Part shown: piece after piece, positions 26,091 to 35,063 of the stretch | How positions within the stretch are numbered: the stretch's first letter is position 1 | Layout of the letters: every line of letters starts with the position of its first letter | NCBI GenBank assembly: GCA_044360285.1 | Contig: JBIKKP010000002.1 | Location: forward strand, 1 to 63,210 | Source: Rickettsiales bacterium | Lineage (GTDB): Bacteria; Pseudomonadota; Alphaproteobacteria; Rickettsiales; UBA1997 | Reading direction: 5' to 3' | Length of the DNA: 63,210 nucleotides | Program-made: the position numbers and the translations under genes | The notes under the pieces: model-generated | Database searches by the model: none | What the model was told of the DNA's origin: nothing | What the model saw: the letters and a program-made list of their open reading frames with translations, nothing else

Positions 26091-27022
26091 AAAAAATTTT
26101 ATTAATTACGCTATTTGCATTTTTCACGCAAAGCGCTGCAGCGCAGGATATTCAAGGCTGCAGCACGGTTTATTCTTACTTAGTTTTTTCTGGAAAAAAT
26201 TCTGATATTTTACTTGAAGAGCGCGCCGAAAAAATTTCTTACCCGGCGTCACTGGTAAAAATGATGACACTTTATCTTACTTTCGAAGCCCTTGAGCAAG
26301 GAAAAATCAGCCCTGAAACTGTTTTAAAATTTTCTGCACGCGGCGAAGAAATTTCGAAAGTTAACAAAATAAATCGTCTGCCAATTGTTGAAGGTGACGA
26401 GATTACTGTGCGTGAAGCTATTCGCGCTGTTATCGTAAAATCATTCAACGAAGCCGCGGTGGCTCTTGCTGAAGCAGTATCTGGAAATGAATGGGAATTT
26501 GCTCGTAAAATGAATAAAAAAGCGCGCGAGCTTGGCATGATTAACAGCTCATTTCGCAATTCCAGCGGACTTCACGAGGAAGGACAATACACCACGAGCT
26601 ATGATTTGGCGCGCCTTGCAGCGGCTCTGCAAAAAGATTTTCCAACTTATTATCATCTTTTTGCGCTCAAAGAATTTGAATATCGCGGCACGAAATATGA
26701 AACGCACAATCACGTGCTTGTTAATTACCAAGGCGCAGAGGGAATGAAGACGGGCTTTACCAACGCGGCTGGATATAATTTAGTGGCAGCAGCGAAAAAG
26801 AATGATGCGCGTGTGACGTCGATTTTACTTGGTTGCGAGAGTTATCGTAAGCGTGATGAGATGACTAAAAAATTGCTTGATGAAGCTTTTGCCAATATGG
26901 CAAAGAATCCAAATTCATCTTCGGCGCGACTCGATAAAAATTTTGATTACACCAAGCATCACCAACGCCGCGAGGAATATGAGGAAGAAATGCATTTTGG
27001 GATGGCGTTGTTTGACGAGTAG
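26075..27022 (+). CDS. D-alanyl-D-alanine carboxypeptidase (serine peptidase S11, PBP5/6-like)
   Basis: Signal peptide 'LLITLFAFFTQSAAAQ'. SxxK 'SLVK', SxN 'SFN' and KTG 'KTGFT' motifs are all present. Confidence 0.85.
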   Translation: MHNFIKKILLITLFAFFTQSAAAQDIQGCSTVYSYLVFSGKNSDILLEERAEKISYPASLVKMMTLYLTFEALEQGKISPETVLKFSARGEEISKVNKINRLPIVEGDEITVREAIRAVIVKSFNEAAVALAEAVSGNEWEFARKMNKKARELGMINSSFRNSSGLHEEGQYTTSYDLARLAAALQKDFPTYYHLFALKEFEYRGTKYETHNHVLVNYQGAEGMKTGFTNAAGYNLVAAAKKNDARVTSILLGCESYRKRDEMTKKLLDEAFANMAKNPNSSSARLDKNFDYTKHHQRREEYEEEMHFGMALFDE

Positions 27023-27038
27023 TCACGTAGAGTAGCTC

Positions 27039-27137
27039 GGGCGCGATTTGCAATCCCGCCCGCAGGTTCATGCAAAATTACCAAAGTTTTCGGTTTGTTT
27101 GGCATGAACGTTTCGGGCGGGATTGAAAATCCCGCCC
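27039..27137. repeat. Family-2 palindromic element, two copies in inverted orientation
   Basis: GGGCGCGATTTGCAATCCCGCCC (27039-27061) ... GTTCATGC / GCATGAAC ... GGGCGGGATTGAAAATCCCGCCC (27115-27137). Confidence 0.85.
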
Positions 27138-27215
27138 GAGCGCTGTTCAAAGACCCAGCACAGCTTTAGGTCTTTTTTCTCCAGGCGCGTAAATCCTCCG
27201 TCTTCAGCTACGCTG

Positions 27216-27253
27216 AAGCCACCTCCTTTTTCAAAGGAGGCTTTGATGAACAA
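27216..27253. repeat. Family-2b hairpin (CCTCCTTT..AAAGGAGG) abutting the stop codon of the TpsB gene
   Basis: AAGCCACCTCCTTTTTCAAAGGAGGCTTTGATGAACAA. A close relative lies at 53744-53780, abutting the secF stop. Confidence 0.8.
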
Positions 27254-29002
27254 TTAAAACCCCGCCCCGATTTCGAAATAAACTAACGCATTTTCTTTTT
27301 GGTTTGTCGTCACCAACTGCGAACTATTCACACCCCACGCACATGTAAATGAAGCATTAAAATTATTACTCTCAAACGCCGTCTTCACCCCCGCACCCGA
27401 CATTCTGCCAGCCTCGCCGGTTTTTATTTTGATGTGGCCGTAATCATAAAACGGCTCAAGTTTTATTCTGCTTTGATAAGAAAAAGTGTTAAAATTTCCT
27501 AAATCAAAAGTGAGTTTATTGCGTAAAAAATATCCCGAATCGCCGCTGATATAATTTTCGCGAAATCCTCGCACCGAGTAATAGCCACCTACTGCGAACT
27601 GTTCCGAGCCAAAAAGTGTATCTTTAGAAATTTGCGAATCGAACTCACTGCCGATGGAAAATTTAAAGTCAGAAATTGAAACTTTTTTCGTCACCGATGC
27701 ATAAAGTTTAAACAATTCGAACTGCGCCTTAGGAATTGAAGCATCGATATTTTTATGATCTTTTTTTGCGTCCAGAACCTTTAAACCTCTAGAGTATGAA
27801 GGGCTAAGATAAATTGAATAAGTCGGAAAAAAAGATGAAAAAGCCAAAGCAAAATTCCCCACACTTAATCTTCGCTGCGAAGTTTCGATTTTTTCTCCGT
27901 TTAAATAACTTGCCGATTCTTTGGTGGTAAGTGTTGCGGTGCTTGTTATTCGAAGCTTCGAGTCGTTTAACAAAATTCGCTGTGCACCAAACTTATTTTG
28001 TTTAGAAAAGCCAGTAAGCGTTGTGGTTGAAGCAACACCAACATTTTGCCCCTTAAATTCACTGTGCGAATAATCATAAGAAAATGTGTTTTGTTTGAAG
28101 GGAATTGAAATTCCGCCAGAAAAAGATTTTATGTCTTTGACCTGACTATCATCATGCGCGTTCGTTGAGTAAGTAAGGTTAAGCGCATCATCAAGCGACA
28201 AAAAATTGTCAAACGAAGTTGAAAAAACTGCGCGCTGCACGCCGGTGAATTTATTGCCCAAATTGTCTTTTCCAACAGTTGCGCGCAGTGGAAATTTTTT
28301 GTTATTTTCGATGACGATTTTACTCATCCCATCAACACTGCCCGGCTCAATTTTTATTACTGCTGAATTTGACGGCAGGCGATTAATTTGGTAAATTCCG
28401 TCGTTGATTTCGTTAAGGTCTAAAACCTTGCCCTGCTTGCTTCCAAAGGCCATAAACTTTTGCATTTTTTCGCGCCAAGTTTCTTTGCCAAAAATTATTT
28501 TTTCGATTTTTCCCTCAATAATTTTTAACTCAAAAATGCCGCTGCTGATATTTTGTTTGGGCACGATGATTTGTGTCGTGACATAGCCCTGCGCCTGATA
28601 GAATTCATTGAGCGTGGCGATAATTTCTTGCAGATTTTTTGCGTCAAAACAGCGACCTAAAAATTTTTGCAGCAGATTTTTTTGCTTACGCGCGGAAATT
28701 TTGGAAGCACCGGAAAGCTTTATTTCATTGATTTGCCAACATTCTTCACTTTTTTTGATTACTTTTAGCTGCTGATCTTTTTCTTCCTCTTCTTCTTTTT
28801 TCTTGCGCTCAAAATCTTTAGAAATTGCCTCCATTTCTTTGCTGCGCTTAGTTTCTTCCAAGATATTTTGCTGATTTCTGATGATCCAATCTTGCTGATT
28901 TATTGCATCTGAACTTTGCGTTTGTGCGAAAACTGCTGAGGAAATGTTTAAAAAAGCTATGGCAATAAAAATTGCGCCAAGCCTGTGTTTTTGTGGCTTC
29001 AT
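27254..29002 (-). CDS. Two-partner-secretion outer-membrane transporter (ShlB/FhaC/HecB family, TpsB)
   Basis: I moved the start to ATG 29002 ('MKPQKHRLGAIFIAIAFLNISSAVFAQ' signal peptide). A POTRA-like segment 'FELKIIEGKIEKIIFG' is present. The C-terminal beta-barrel ends '..YFEIGAGF'. Confidence 0.85.
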   Translation of the reverse strand: MKPQKHRLGAIFIAIAFLNISSAVFAQTQSSDAINQQDWIIRNQQNILEETKRSKEMEAISKDFERKKKEEEEEKDQQLKVIKKSEECWQINEIKLSGASKISARKQKNLLQKFLGRCFDAKNLQEIIATLNEFYQAQGYVTTQIIVPKQNISSGIFELKIIEGKIEKIIFGKETWREKMQKFMAFGSKQGKVLDLNEINDGIYQINRLPSNSAVIKIEPGSVDGMSKIVIENNKKFPLRATVGKDNLGNKFTGVQRAVFSTSFDNFLSLDDALNLTYSTNAHDDSQVKDIKSFSGGISIPFKQNTFSYDYSHSEFKGQNVGVASTTTLTGFSKQNKFGAQRILLNDSKLRITSTATLTTKESASYLNGEKIETSQRRLSVGNFALAFSSFFPTYSIYLSPSYSRGLKVLDAKKDHKNIDASIPKAQFELFKLYASVTKKVSISDFKFSIGSEFDSQISKDTLFGSEQFAVGGYYSVRGFRENYISGDSGYFLRNKLTFDLGNFNTFSYQSRIKLEPFYDYGHIKIKTGEAGRMSGAGVKTAFESNNFNASFTCAWGVNSSQLVTTNQKENALVYFEIGAGF

Positions 29003-29033
29003 GGGGTTTATGGTTTTTGGTGTTTTTAGTTTT

Positions 29034-31190
29034 TTAACTAATACGCGACACTTCAACAATTTTTTTAGACATACGAAGTGCCGAGATAATTTCCTCCAAA
29101 TGTTCGAGATTTTTTACTTCAAGATCGACAAGAAACTCAAAATAATCTGCAGAGCGATTGATGATGCGCAAATTGCTGATATTGACCTTTTTCTTAGCGA
29201 TGATGCTGCTGACTTCAGCCAAGCTTCCGCTTGAATTTTGAACCACGGCCGAAACCTTACTGGCATAAGTTTCATCACCAATTTCTTCATCGCTTTTCCA
29301 GCAAACATCAACAACGCGCTGTGGCAATAAAACCAAATTGCGCAAGTTTCGGCAATTCTGATTATGAATGGTCACGCCGGTTCCGGTGTTAATGATTCCA
29401 ACTATCGGATCACCTGGAATTGGATTGCAACAGCCTGCATAATGCATGGCCATTCCATTCACCAAACCTTCAATTGGCAGCGAATATCTTTTTGATTTTT
29501 CACTTGGTTTCGATGTTTTTACTTGCTTTGTCTCTTCTTTGAAATCTGGGTAAATAATCTTCAAAACATCTTGGCGCGAAATCCTTCCCTCAGCGACTTT
29601 AACGCATAATTCTGGAATCGATTTTTTATGCAAAAGCACCAGAGCTTTTTCTAAAATTTTATCGCTGATTTCTAGACCTTTTGATGCAAAAAATTTATTT
29701 AAAATTGCACGGCCCAAAAGGTGATATTCGTTGAATTTTTCGCTGCGAATAAAGGCCTTAATCGCCGATTTTGCTTTTGTGGTGATAGCAAATTGCAGCC
29801 AGTTAGGAGAAGGCTTGCCATTGTTTGATGTGACAATTTCAACCTGATCGCCATTTTCCAGCTTCTGACGCAGCGGCGCAATCGCGCCATTTACCTTCGC
29901 TGAGACACAGCTGTTGCCAACTTGCGAATGCACAGCATAAGCAAAATCAATGATTGTTGAGCCAAAAGGTAGATTAAAAATATCACCATTTGGCGTGAAA
30001 CAAAAGACCTCGTTTTTATGCAAAACGAGTTTGTGATTTTTTATTACCTCGCTGGAATTTTCTGAATTTTCAAAAAGCGTGATTAGCTCACGAATCCAGC
30101 GATATTGCTCGCTCTCTTCTTTTCCAGCACGATCAGTTTTTTTAGATTTTTCCTTGTAGCGCCAATGCGCTGCAACACCCAGTTCATTGACTTCGTGCAT
30201 TTTTTTATCACGAATCTGAATTTCGATTTTTTTGTTAAACGGCCCTAAAATTGCCAAGTGTAAAGACTGATAACCATTTTCCTTGGGCGTGCTGATATAG
30301 TCGCGGAAGGTTCCAGGAATCATGTTGAAGTTAGAATTAATCGTACCCAAAGCGCGATAACACTCACCAATATCATTAACGACAATACGAAAGGCCATGA
30401 TGTCGTGCAGATTGTGGAAGCCGATATTTTGCTCCTTCATCTTGTTGAAAATTGAATAGAGCTGCTTCTCACGGCCCATCACCTGGCACTTCAGGCCTTC
30501 TGCATCAAAAATGCGCGTCAGGTCGGCGATGATTTTTTCGATGAGATTTTTGTTTTTTTCGCGTAGTTCGCCAAGCTTCTCGCTGATGTAATTGCGCGAC
30601 TCAGGGTCGATTACTTCAAAAGCTAATTCCTGCAATTCATCTTTAATTTTTGTGAGACCAATCCTTGCAGCAAGCGGCGCGAAGATGTCTAAGCTTTCTT
30701 TCGCTTTGCGTAATTTCTTCTCGCGCGACGGCAAATAAGTCAGCGTGCGCATATTGTGCAGCCTGTCGGCAAGCTTCACCAGCAACACACGAATATCTTG
30801 CGACATGGCCATAGTCAGCTTGCGGAAATTTTCAATCACGCGCAGCTCAAAAGACGCAGCTTCAATTTTACCAAGCTTGGTGACGCCATCAACCAGCAGC
30901 GCAACTTCTTCACCAAATTCTTTTTCTATTTCTTCGATTGTCACTTCCGTATCTTCAACAACATCATGAAGCAGGCCGGCAATAATAGATTCGCAGTCAA
31001 GCTTAAGATCAGCTAGAATTTCTGCGACAGCAACGGGATGAGAAAAATAGGGATCGCCCGAATGGCGTTTTTGATTGCCATGGGCATTTTTGGCGAAGAT
31101 GTAGGCCTTTTGAAGCAAGGCCTCGTCTGGGTTTGGATGGTAGGTGCGAACCTTAGCAACTAAGTTGGCGGCACTTAGTATGTCTGGCAT
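29034..31190 (-). CDS. spoT: Bifunctional (p)ppGpp synthetase/hydrolase (RelA/SpoT homologue)
   Basis: 718 aa. HD hydrolase 'HSGDPYFSHPVAVA..LHDVVEDT', synthetase 'RDYISTPKENGYQSLH', and TGS and ACT-like C-terminal domains. Confidence 0.92.
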   Translation of the reverse strand: MPDILSAANLVAKVRTYHPNPDEALLQKAYIFAKNAHGNQKRHSGDPYFSHPVAVAEILADLKLDCESIIAGLLHDVVEDTEVTIEEIEKEFGEEVALLVDGVTKLGKIEAASFELRVIENFRKLTMAMSQDIRVLLVKLADRLHNMRTLTYLPSREKKLRKAKESLDIFAPLAARIGLTKIKDELQELAFEVIDPESRNYISEKLGELREKNKNLIEKIIADLTRIFDAEGLKCQVMGREKQLYSIFNKMKEQNIGFHNLHDIMAFRIVVNDIGECYRALGTINSNFNMIPGTFRDYISTPKENGYQSLHLAILGPFNKKIEIQIRDKKMHEVNELGVAAHWRYKEKSKKTDRAGKEESEQYRWIRELITLFENSENSSEVIKNHKLVLHKNEVFCFTPNGDIFNLPFGSTIIDFAYAVHSQVGNSCVSAKVNGAIAPLRQKLENGDQVEIVTSNNGKPSPNWLQFAITTKAKSAIKAFIRSEKFNEYHLLGRAILNKFFASKGLEISDKILEKALVLLHKKSIPELCVKVAEGRISRQDVLKIIYPDFKEETKQVKTSKPSEKSKRYSLPIEGLVNGMAMHYAGCCNPIPGDPIVGIINTGTGVTIHNQNCRNLRNLVLLPQRVVDVCWKSDEEIGDETYASKVSAVVQNSSGSLAEVSSIIAKKKVNISNLRIINRSADYFEFLVDLEVKNLEHLEEIISALRMSKKIVEVSRIS

Positions 31191-31532
31191 CTAGTCGTCT
31201 ACTTGGACGTTTTCATCAACAAAAGTATCGTCTTTAAGCACGATATTTGGTTCAGATTCCTCTGACATTAATTCTGTCACTTCTTCGCTTGCCGGGGCAA
31301 CTTCAACAGCGCCACGGTTTTTGATTGAACGAACGATATTTTTACGAATCGCATCAACATCAACTAAACCATCAGCGATTTCGCGCAGAGCAATTACCGA
31401 TGGTTTTTCTTTGCGATCCAGGCTGGTAGAGGCTCCAGAAAGAATGCTTTTTGCACGATTTCCAGCAATTAAGCACAATTCAAAATGATTTGGAACAACT
31501 GTCACGCAGTCTTCTACGGTGATTCTTGCCAT
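31191..31532 (-). CDS. rpoZ: DNA-directed RNA polymerase subunit omega
   Basis: 'MARITVEDCV..NHFELCLIAGNRAK'. Its stop codon abuts the spoT start, the conserved rpoZ-spoT pair. Confidence 0.9.
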   Translation of the reverse strand: MARITVEDCVTVVPNHFELCLIAGNRAKSILSGASTSLDRKEKPSVIALREIADGLVDVDAIRKNIVRSIKNRGAVEVAPASEEVTELMSEESEPNIVLKDDTFVDENVQVDD

Positions 31533-31647
31533 AGTTTTAAGATTTTTTTTGAAGTTCGAATGAGGGCGGCGCGTTGTAAATTCGTGGTTCTAGCAAGGCA
31601 ATAGAAAATTTAAACCCACTTCACAACCACTTATCATCCTCTCACAA

Positions 31648-31742
31648 CCGTCATCCTTGAATTGCGTAGCAATCCGAGGATCTCGTGCGTTTTAGCGCTG
31701 AACAAAACGAGATCCTCGAAGCCTTTGGCTTCAAGGATGACG
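31648..31742. repeat. Family-1 palindromic element, copy F (close to copy C)
   Basis: CCGTCATCCTTG AATTGCgtaGCAAT CCGAGGATCTCG...CGAGATCCTCG AAGCCtttGGCTT CAAGGATGACG. Confidence 0.9.
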
Positions 31743-31756
31743 GGTGTGGATATTTT

Positions 31757-32266
31757 TTACCTTCCCCTAGAATGCTGCCTTCCAGCCACACGCTCTTGCG
31801 CCTCAATCATACTAGCCCAGAAACCTTTATCGCCGCGTTTATTAAGAATTTGCGCCGATTGCACAAGGTAAGTCAATTTTTGTCCCAAAACCAGCGAGGT
31901 CCAAAAACCCACTGGCTTTACAAAATCAACGATTTGCGTTGAATTAATTTCCTGGTGATCGAATTCGCGCTGCGGCGATTCCATCAACTCATAAGTGCCG
32001 CTTTCATTAGAAATTTTTTTTGCCTGCAGCTCTGCCTTTACAGCCGAATGGGCACGCGGAATTTCCTGCTTAGAGCGCAGCAGCTCTTCATCTTCTTTGG
32101 GATATTTCTTCGGCGCACCAGGAAGAATTTTTTTGCCAAACTTTTTTAGCTTTAAATAGCGCTTATAGGCCCGATTTAAAAGGAACGACAGCAACAGGCG
32201 CAGCAGCAAAATCAGGCAAAAGACTGCTACAAAAATTATCAGTAAATTTAGTAAAATTTCAGTCAT
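31757..32266 (-). CDS. Hypothetical membrane-anchored protein
   Basis: 169 aa with an N-terminal TM helix 'LLNLLIIFVAVFCLILLLRLLL'. I recognise no family. Confidence 0.5.
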   Translation of the reverse strand: MTEILLNLLIIFVAVFCLILLLRLLLSFLLNRAYKRYLKLKKFGKKILPGAPKKYPKEDEELLRSKQEIPRAHSAVKAELQAKKISNESGTYELMESPQREFDHQEINSTQIVDFVKPVGFWTSLVLGQKLTYLVQSAQILNKRGDKGFWASMIEAQERVAGRQHSRGR

Positions 32267-32268
32267 TT

Positions 32269-32757
32269 CTATTCCTTACAAATCTCCCGTAGACTTTTAT
32301 AGGCCTGGCTAAAACCAATCAGCGAGTAGGTATCAACAGCAATTTTTCCATCACTTGCAACACCGCTTACCACCATATCTTCTTGTTTTTGCATTGCTTT
32401 GATGATGTCGATATCATCATTTTTGTCATTGGCCCAAGCCAGCGCTTCATAGGGGAAAAGATAGAATTTTTTTGAACCAAAAGAAATTTCTACGTCAGAT
32501 TTTTTACTATATTTAAAACCAGAGGAAATACTGACCTCATCGGCATCATTTTCGATATTGGTGACAATAAAAAATGGCTCGCCGCGTTTGTCATAAGTGC
32601 CGTCGCGCTTTATTGGAGTTGAGGCAACATAACATACAACACGATCGCCACGATGGGCGCGAAAAACGTTCCAATCCCTGAATTTTCCTTTCAATTCCTG
32701 GGCGCAAAGCTCGCTGCAAAAAAGCAAAAATAGCGTCAAAAATTGGATAAATTTCAT
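32269..32757 (-). CDS. Secreted hypothetical protein, possibly invasion-associated locus B (IalB)-like
   Basis: Signal peptide 'FLTLFLLFCSELCAQ'. 'FRDWNVFRAH..VVCYVAS' resembles the IalB-family N-terminal pattern. The family assignment is weak. Confidence 0.45.
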   Translation of the reverse strand: MKFIQFLTLFLLFCSELCAQELKGKFRDWNVFRAHRGDRVVCYVASTPIKRDGTYDKRGEPFFIVTNIENDADEVSISSGFKYSKKSDVEISFGSKKFYLFPYEALAWANDKNDDIDIIKAMQKQEDMVVSGVASDGKIAVDTYSLIGFSQAYKSLREICKE

Positions 32758-32917
32758 AACTTGACTTGGGCTTTTTGAAAAATAAGTTGCGCCGCCTTTC
32801 TAGAAGGGCCTGCCTGGCAGCTGATTTGTCTGGCAATTAAGTTTCAAAAATAACTTTTGAAAGCTCACATAAAGGATTTCCAAGAAATCTTTCAAAAAAA
32901 TCCAAACAATTTTTCAA

Positions 32918-33742
32918 ATGTCGACGCAAGCCGCGCAAAAAATCTCACAAGAAATTACTGCCTTGGAAAATTCTACTCACGCAACACAAGAAGCTGCACA
33001 CGCCGCCGGCGGCGGTCACAGCCCTTTGGCACAATTTGAGGTAAAAAAAATCTTCGATTTGAAGCTTGGAAATTATGACATCAGCTTCACCAACTCTGCA
33101 CTCTACATGCTGAGCGCAACATTACTGCTTATTTTCTTCATGCTCTTGGCAACCAGAAAAAAAGCATTGATTCCATCACGTCTGCAAACCACCGCCGAGT
33201 CACTTTATGACTTCATCCACAATATGGTAAAAAGCAGCATCGGTGACGAAGGAATGAAATTTTTTCCACTCGTTTTCTGCCTATTTTCCTTCATTTTTAC
33301 CTGCAACTTTTTGGGCATGACGCCTTACGCTTTCACCGCCACCAGCCAAGTTGCAGTCACGCTTTCTTTGGCGATGATTTCATTTCTTGCCGTCACAATT
33401 TTTGCAATTGCACGCAACGGCTTGTTCGGATTTTTGCACATGTTCTTGCCAAGCGGCGTGCCACTTTGGATGGCTCCGGCGATTTTCATCATCGAGTTTT
33501 TCTCTTTCCTAATTCGCCCAATCACTTTGTCAGTTCGTCTTTTCGCCAACATGGTTGCAGGTCACGTTTTGCTTAAAGTCATCGCCGGTTTCGTCATTTC
33601 ACTTGGCGCAATTCTTGGAACTCTACCCTTCGCCTTCAGCGTTGTAATGACTGGCTTCGAGCTTTTCGTTGCTGTGTTGCAAGCCTACATCTTCGCAATT
33701 TTGGTCTGCGCTTATTTAAGCGAAGCCACAAAAGCTCACTAG
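32918..33742 (+). CDS. atpB: F0F1 ATP synthase subunit a
   Basis: 274 aa. 'SPLAQFEV' N-region, the conserved 'LSVRLFANMVAGH' motif and multiple TM helices. Confidence 0.9.
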   Translation: MSTQAAQKISQEITALENSTHATQEAAHAAGGGHSPLAQFEVKKIFDLKLGNYDISFTNSALYMLSATLLLIFFMLLATRKKALIPSRLQTTAESLYDFIHNMVKSSIGDEGMKFFPLVFCLFSFIFTCNFLGMTPYAFTATSQVAVTLSLAMISFLAVTIFAIARNGLFGFLHMFLPSGVPLWMAPAIFIIEFFSFLIRPITLSVRLFANMVAGHVLLKVIAGFVISLGAILGTLPFAFSVVMTGFELFVAVLQAYIFAILVCAYLSEATKAH

Positions 33743-33820
33743 AATTTGGCCTTAGCTTCATTGGCCAAATCACGCCCAACCAATGGGGTAAATGAAGCAA
33801 AAACTTTTAACTAAAATACT

Positions 33821-34081
33821 ATGCAAGAAGTCGCTCAAGTAGCTACAGAAGTAGCTAACAACTACTCTTCCCTAAAATACATCGGCGTTGGCCTGTGCTC
33901 AATTGCTATGGCTGGCGCTGCAATTGCGATTGGAAATATCTTCGGATCTTTCTTCAACAGCATCGCACGCAACCCATCTGCTGCACCAAAAATCGAAAAA
34001 TACATTTACATCGCAGTTGGTCTAGCTGAAGCGATGGGTATCTTCGCGGTACTTCTCGCTTTCATCGTAATATTCTCATAA
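33821..34081 (+). CDS. atpE: F0F1 ATP synthase subunit c
   Basis: 86 aa, two TM helices, 'ARNPSA' loop and 'GLAEAMGIF' with the proton-carrying Glu. Confidence 0.9.
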   Translation: MQEVAQVATEVANNYSSLKYIGVGLCSIAMAGAAIAIGNIFGSFFNSIARNPSAAPKIEKYIYIAVGLAEAMGIFAVLLAFIVIFS

Positions 34082-34096
34082 ACGACCGAAATTAAT

Positions 34097-34127
34097 CCTA
34101 GGCGGAAGCAATTTCGCCTAGGTTTTT
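34097..34127 (+). terminator. Hairpin plus T-run after atpE (intra-operon attenuator/terminator candidate)
   Basis: CCTAGGCG-gaagcaattt-CGCCTAGG followed by TTTTT. Confidence 0.5.
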
Positions 34128-34140
34128 CATCTAAAAAACT

Positions 34141-34572
34141 ATGCCTCAATTCGATTTAACCACCTACAGCTCGCAGATTTTCTGGTTCATTTTGTGCTTC
34201 GCCATGCTTTACGCTGCGATGCATTTCATAATTTTGCCGCGCATTCAAAAAATTATCGCCGAAAGAAGAAATCTCATCGACACAGATGCCGCGCTTGCTG
34301 ATGCTTCGGAAAAAAAGTTCGATGACCTACAAGTCAGAACTAACGAACTACGTCGCGAGGCCAGCAAAAAATATCACGCTCAAGTTGAAGAAGGTGCCAA
34401 ATTCGCCGCAAAAGAACGCGAAAAATCTTTGGAAGAATTGAAAGCCAAAGTGGACGAAATCACCCAAAAATCGCGGCGCGAAATCAAAGAATTCCTAGAA
34501 AAATCAGAATCCAACGTCGCAAACGCCATCAAAAATTTGACCCAAAGCGTCAAAGCAAAAATTTTCAGCTAG
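34141..34572 (+). CDS. atpF2: F0F1 ATP synthase subunit b'
   Basis: 'MPQFDLTTYSSQIFWFILCF' is the typical alphaproteobacterial b' N-terminus. The rest is a long charged helix. Confidence 0.8.
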   Translation: MPQFDLTTYSSQIFWFILCFAMLYAAMHFIILPRIQKIIAERRNLIDTDAALADASEKKFDDLQVRTNELRREASKKYHAQVEEGAKFAAKEREKSLEELKAKVDEITQKSRREIKEFLEKSESNVANAIKNLTQSVKAKIFS

Positions 34573-34579
34573 GAGAAAA

Positions 34580-35059
34580 ATGTTTAACGAAAAATTTTGG
34601 CTTGCCCTCGCCTTTTTAACTTTCACTGCCCTTATCATCAAATTCGTTTGGCCTTTGATTGCCAAGGCTTTGGATGCTAAATCAAAAAAGATCGCGGAAG
34701 AAATTCTAGCGGCAAAAGAACTGCGCCAAAAAGCAGAAAAATTCTTAGCTGACGCAGAAAAATATCATACTGATTCAGTGCAATTTGCAGAAAAATTACT
34801 TAAAGATGCGGCGGCAGAAACGAAAAAATTTGCCGAAGAATCTAAACATCTTTTGGAAGTAGAACTTGCTAAAAAAACCACTGCTGCAATGGCTCGCATC
34901 AAGCTTGAAGAAGAAAGTGCAATTCGCGAATTAAAGACAAAAATCGTTGCCTCAACTTTCAAAAATCTTGAAGAAAATTTAAGCAAAGAAATCAGCGAAA
35001 CGCAGCACGAAAAAATTAACCAACAGGCCAGCGAAGATCTGTTAAAAGCTCTCAGCTAA
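34580..35059 (+). CDS. atpF: F0F1 ATP synthase subunit b
   Basis: AGGAG SD 5 nt upstream. One N-terminal TM helix followed by a long amphipathic helix. Confidence 0.8.
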   Translation: MFNEKFWLALAFLTFTALIIKFVWPLIAKALDAKSKKIAEEILAAKELRQKAEKFLADAEKYHTDSVQFAEKLLKDAAAETKKFAEESKHLLEVELAKKTTAAMARIKLEEESAIRELKTKIVASTFKNLEENLSKEISETQHEKINQQASEDLLKALS

Positions 35060-35063
35060 TTGC

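Noticed and set aside
26959-27253. ORFs across family-2 repeats have similar N-termini, for example 'MNIEGGISNPAQH' and 'GGIFNPARNVH'. The ORFs are 26865-27071, 26959-27150, 27068-27253, 45056-45253 and 53688-53912.
   Set aside because: The similarity derives from the GGGCGGGATT..AATCCCGCCC hairpin DNA read in different frames and contexts, not from a conserved gene.
8794-31742. The repeated palindromes as a CRISPR array.
   Set aside because: The copies are dispersed over 23 kb, separated by whole genes, not regularly spaced, and about 95 nt long with internal structure. No cas genes are present.
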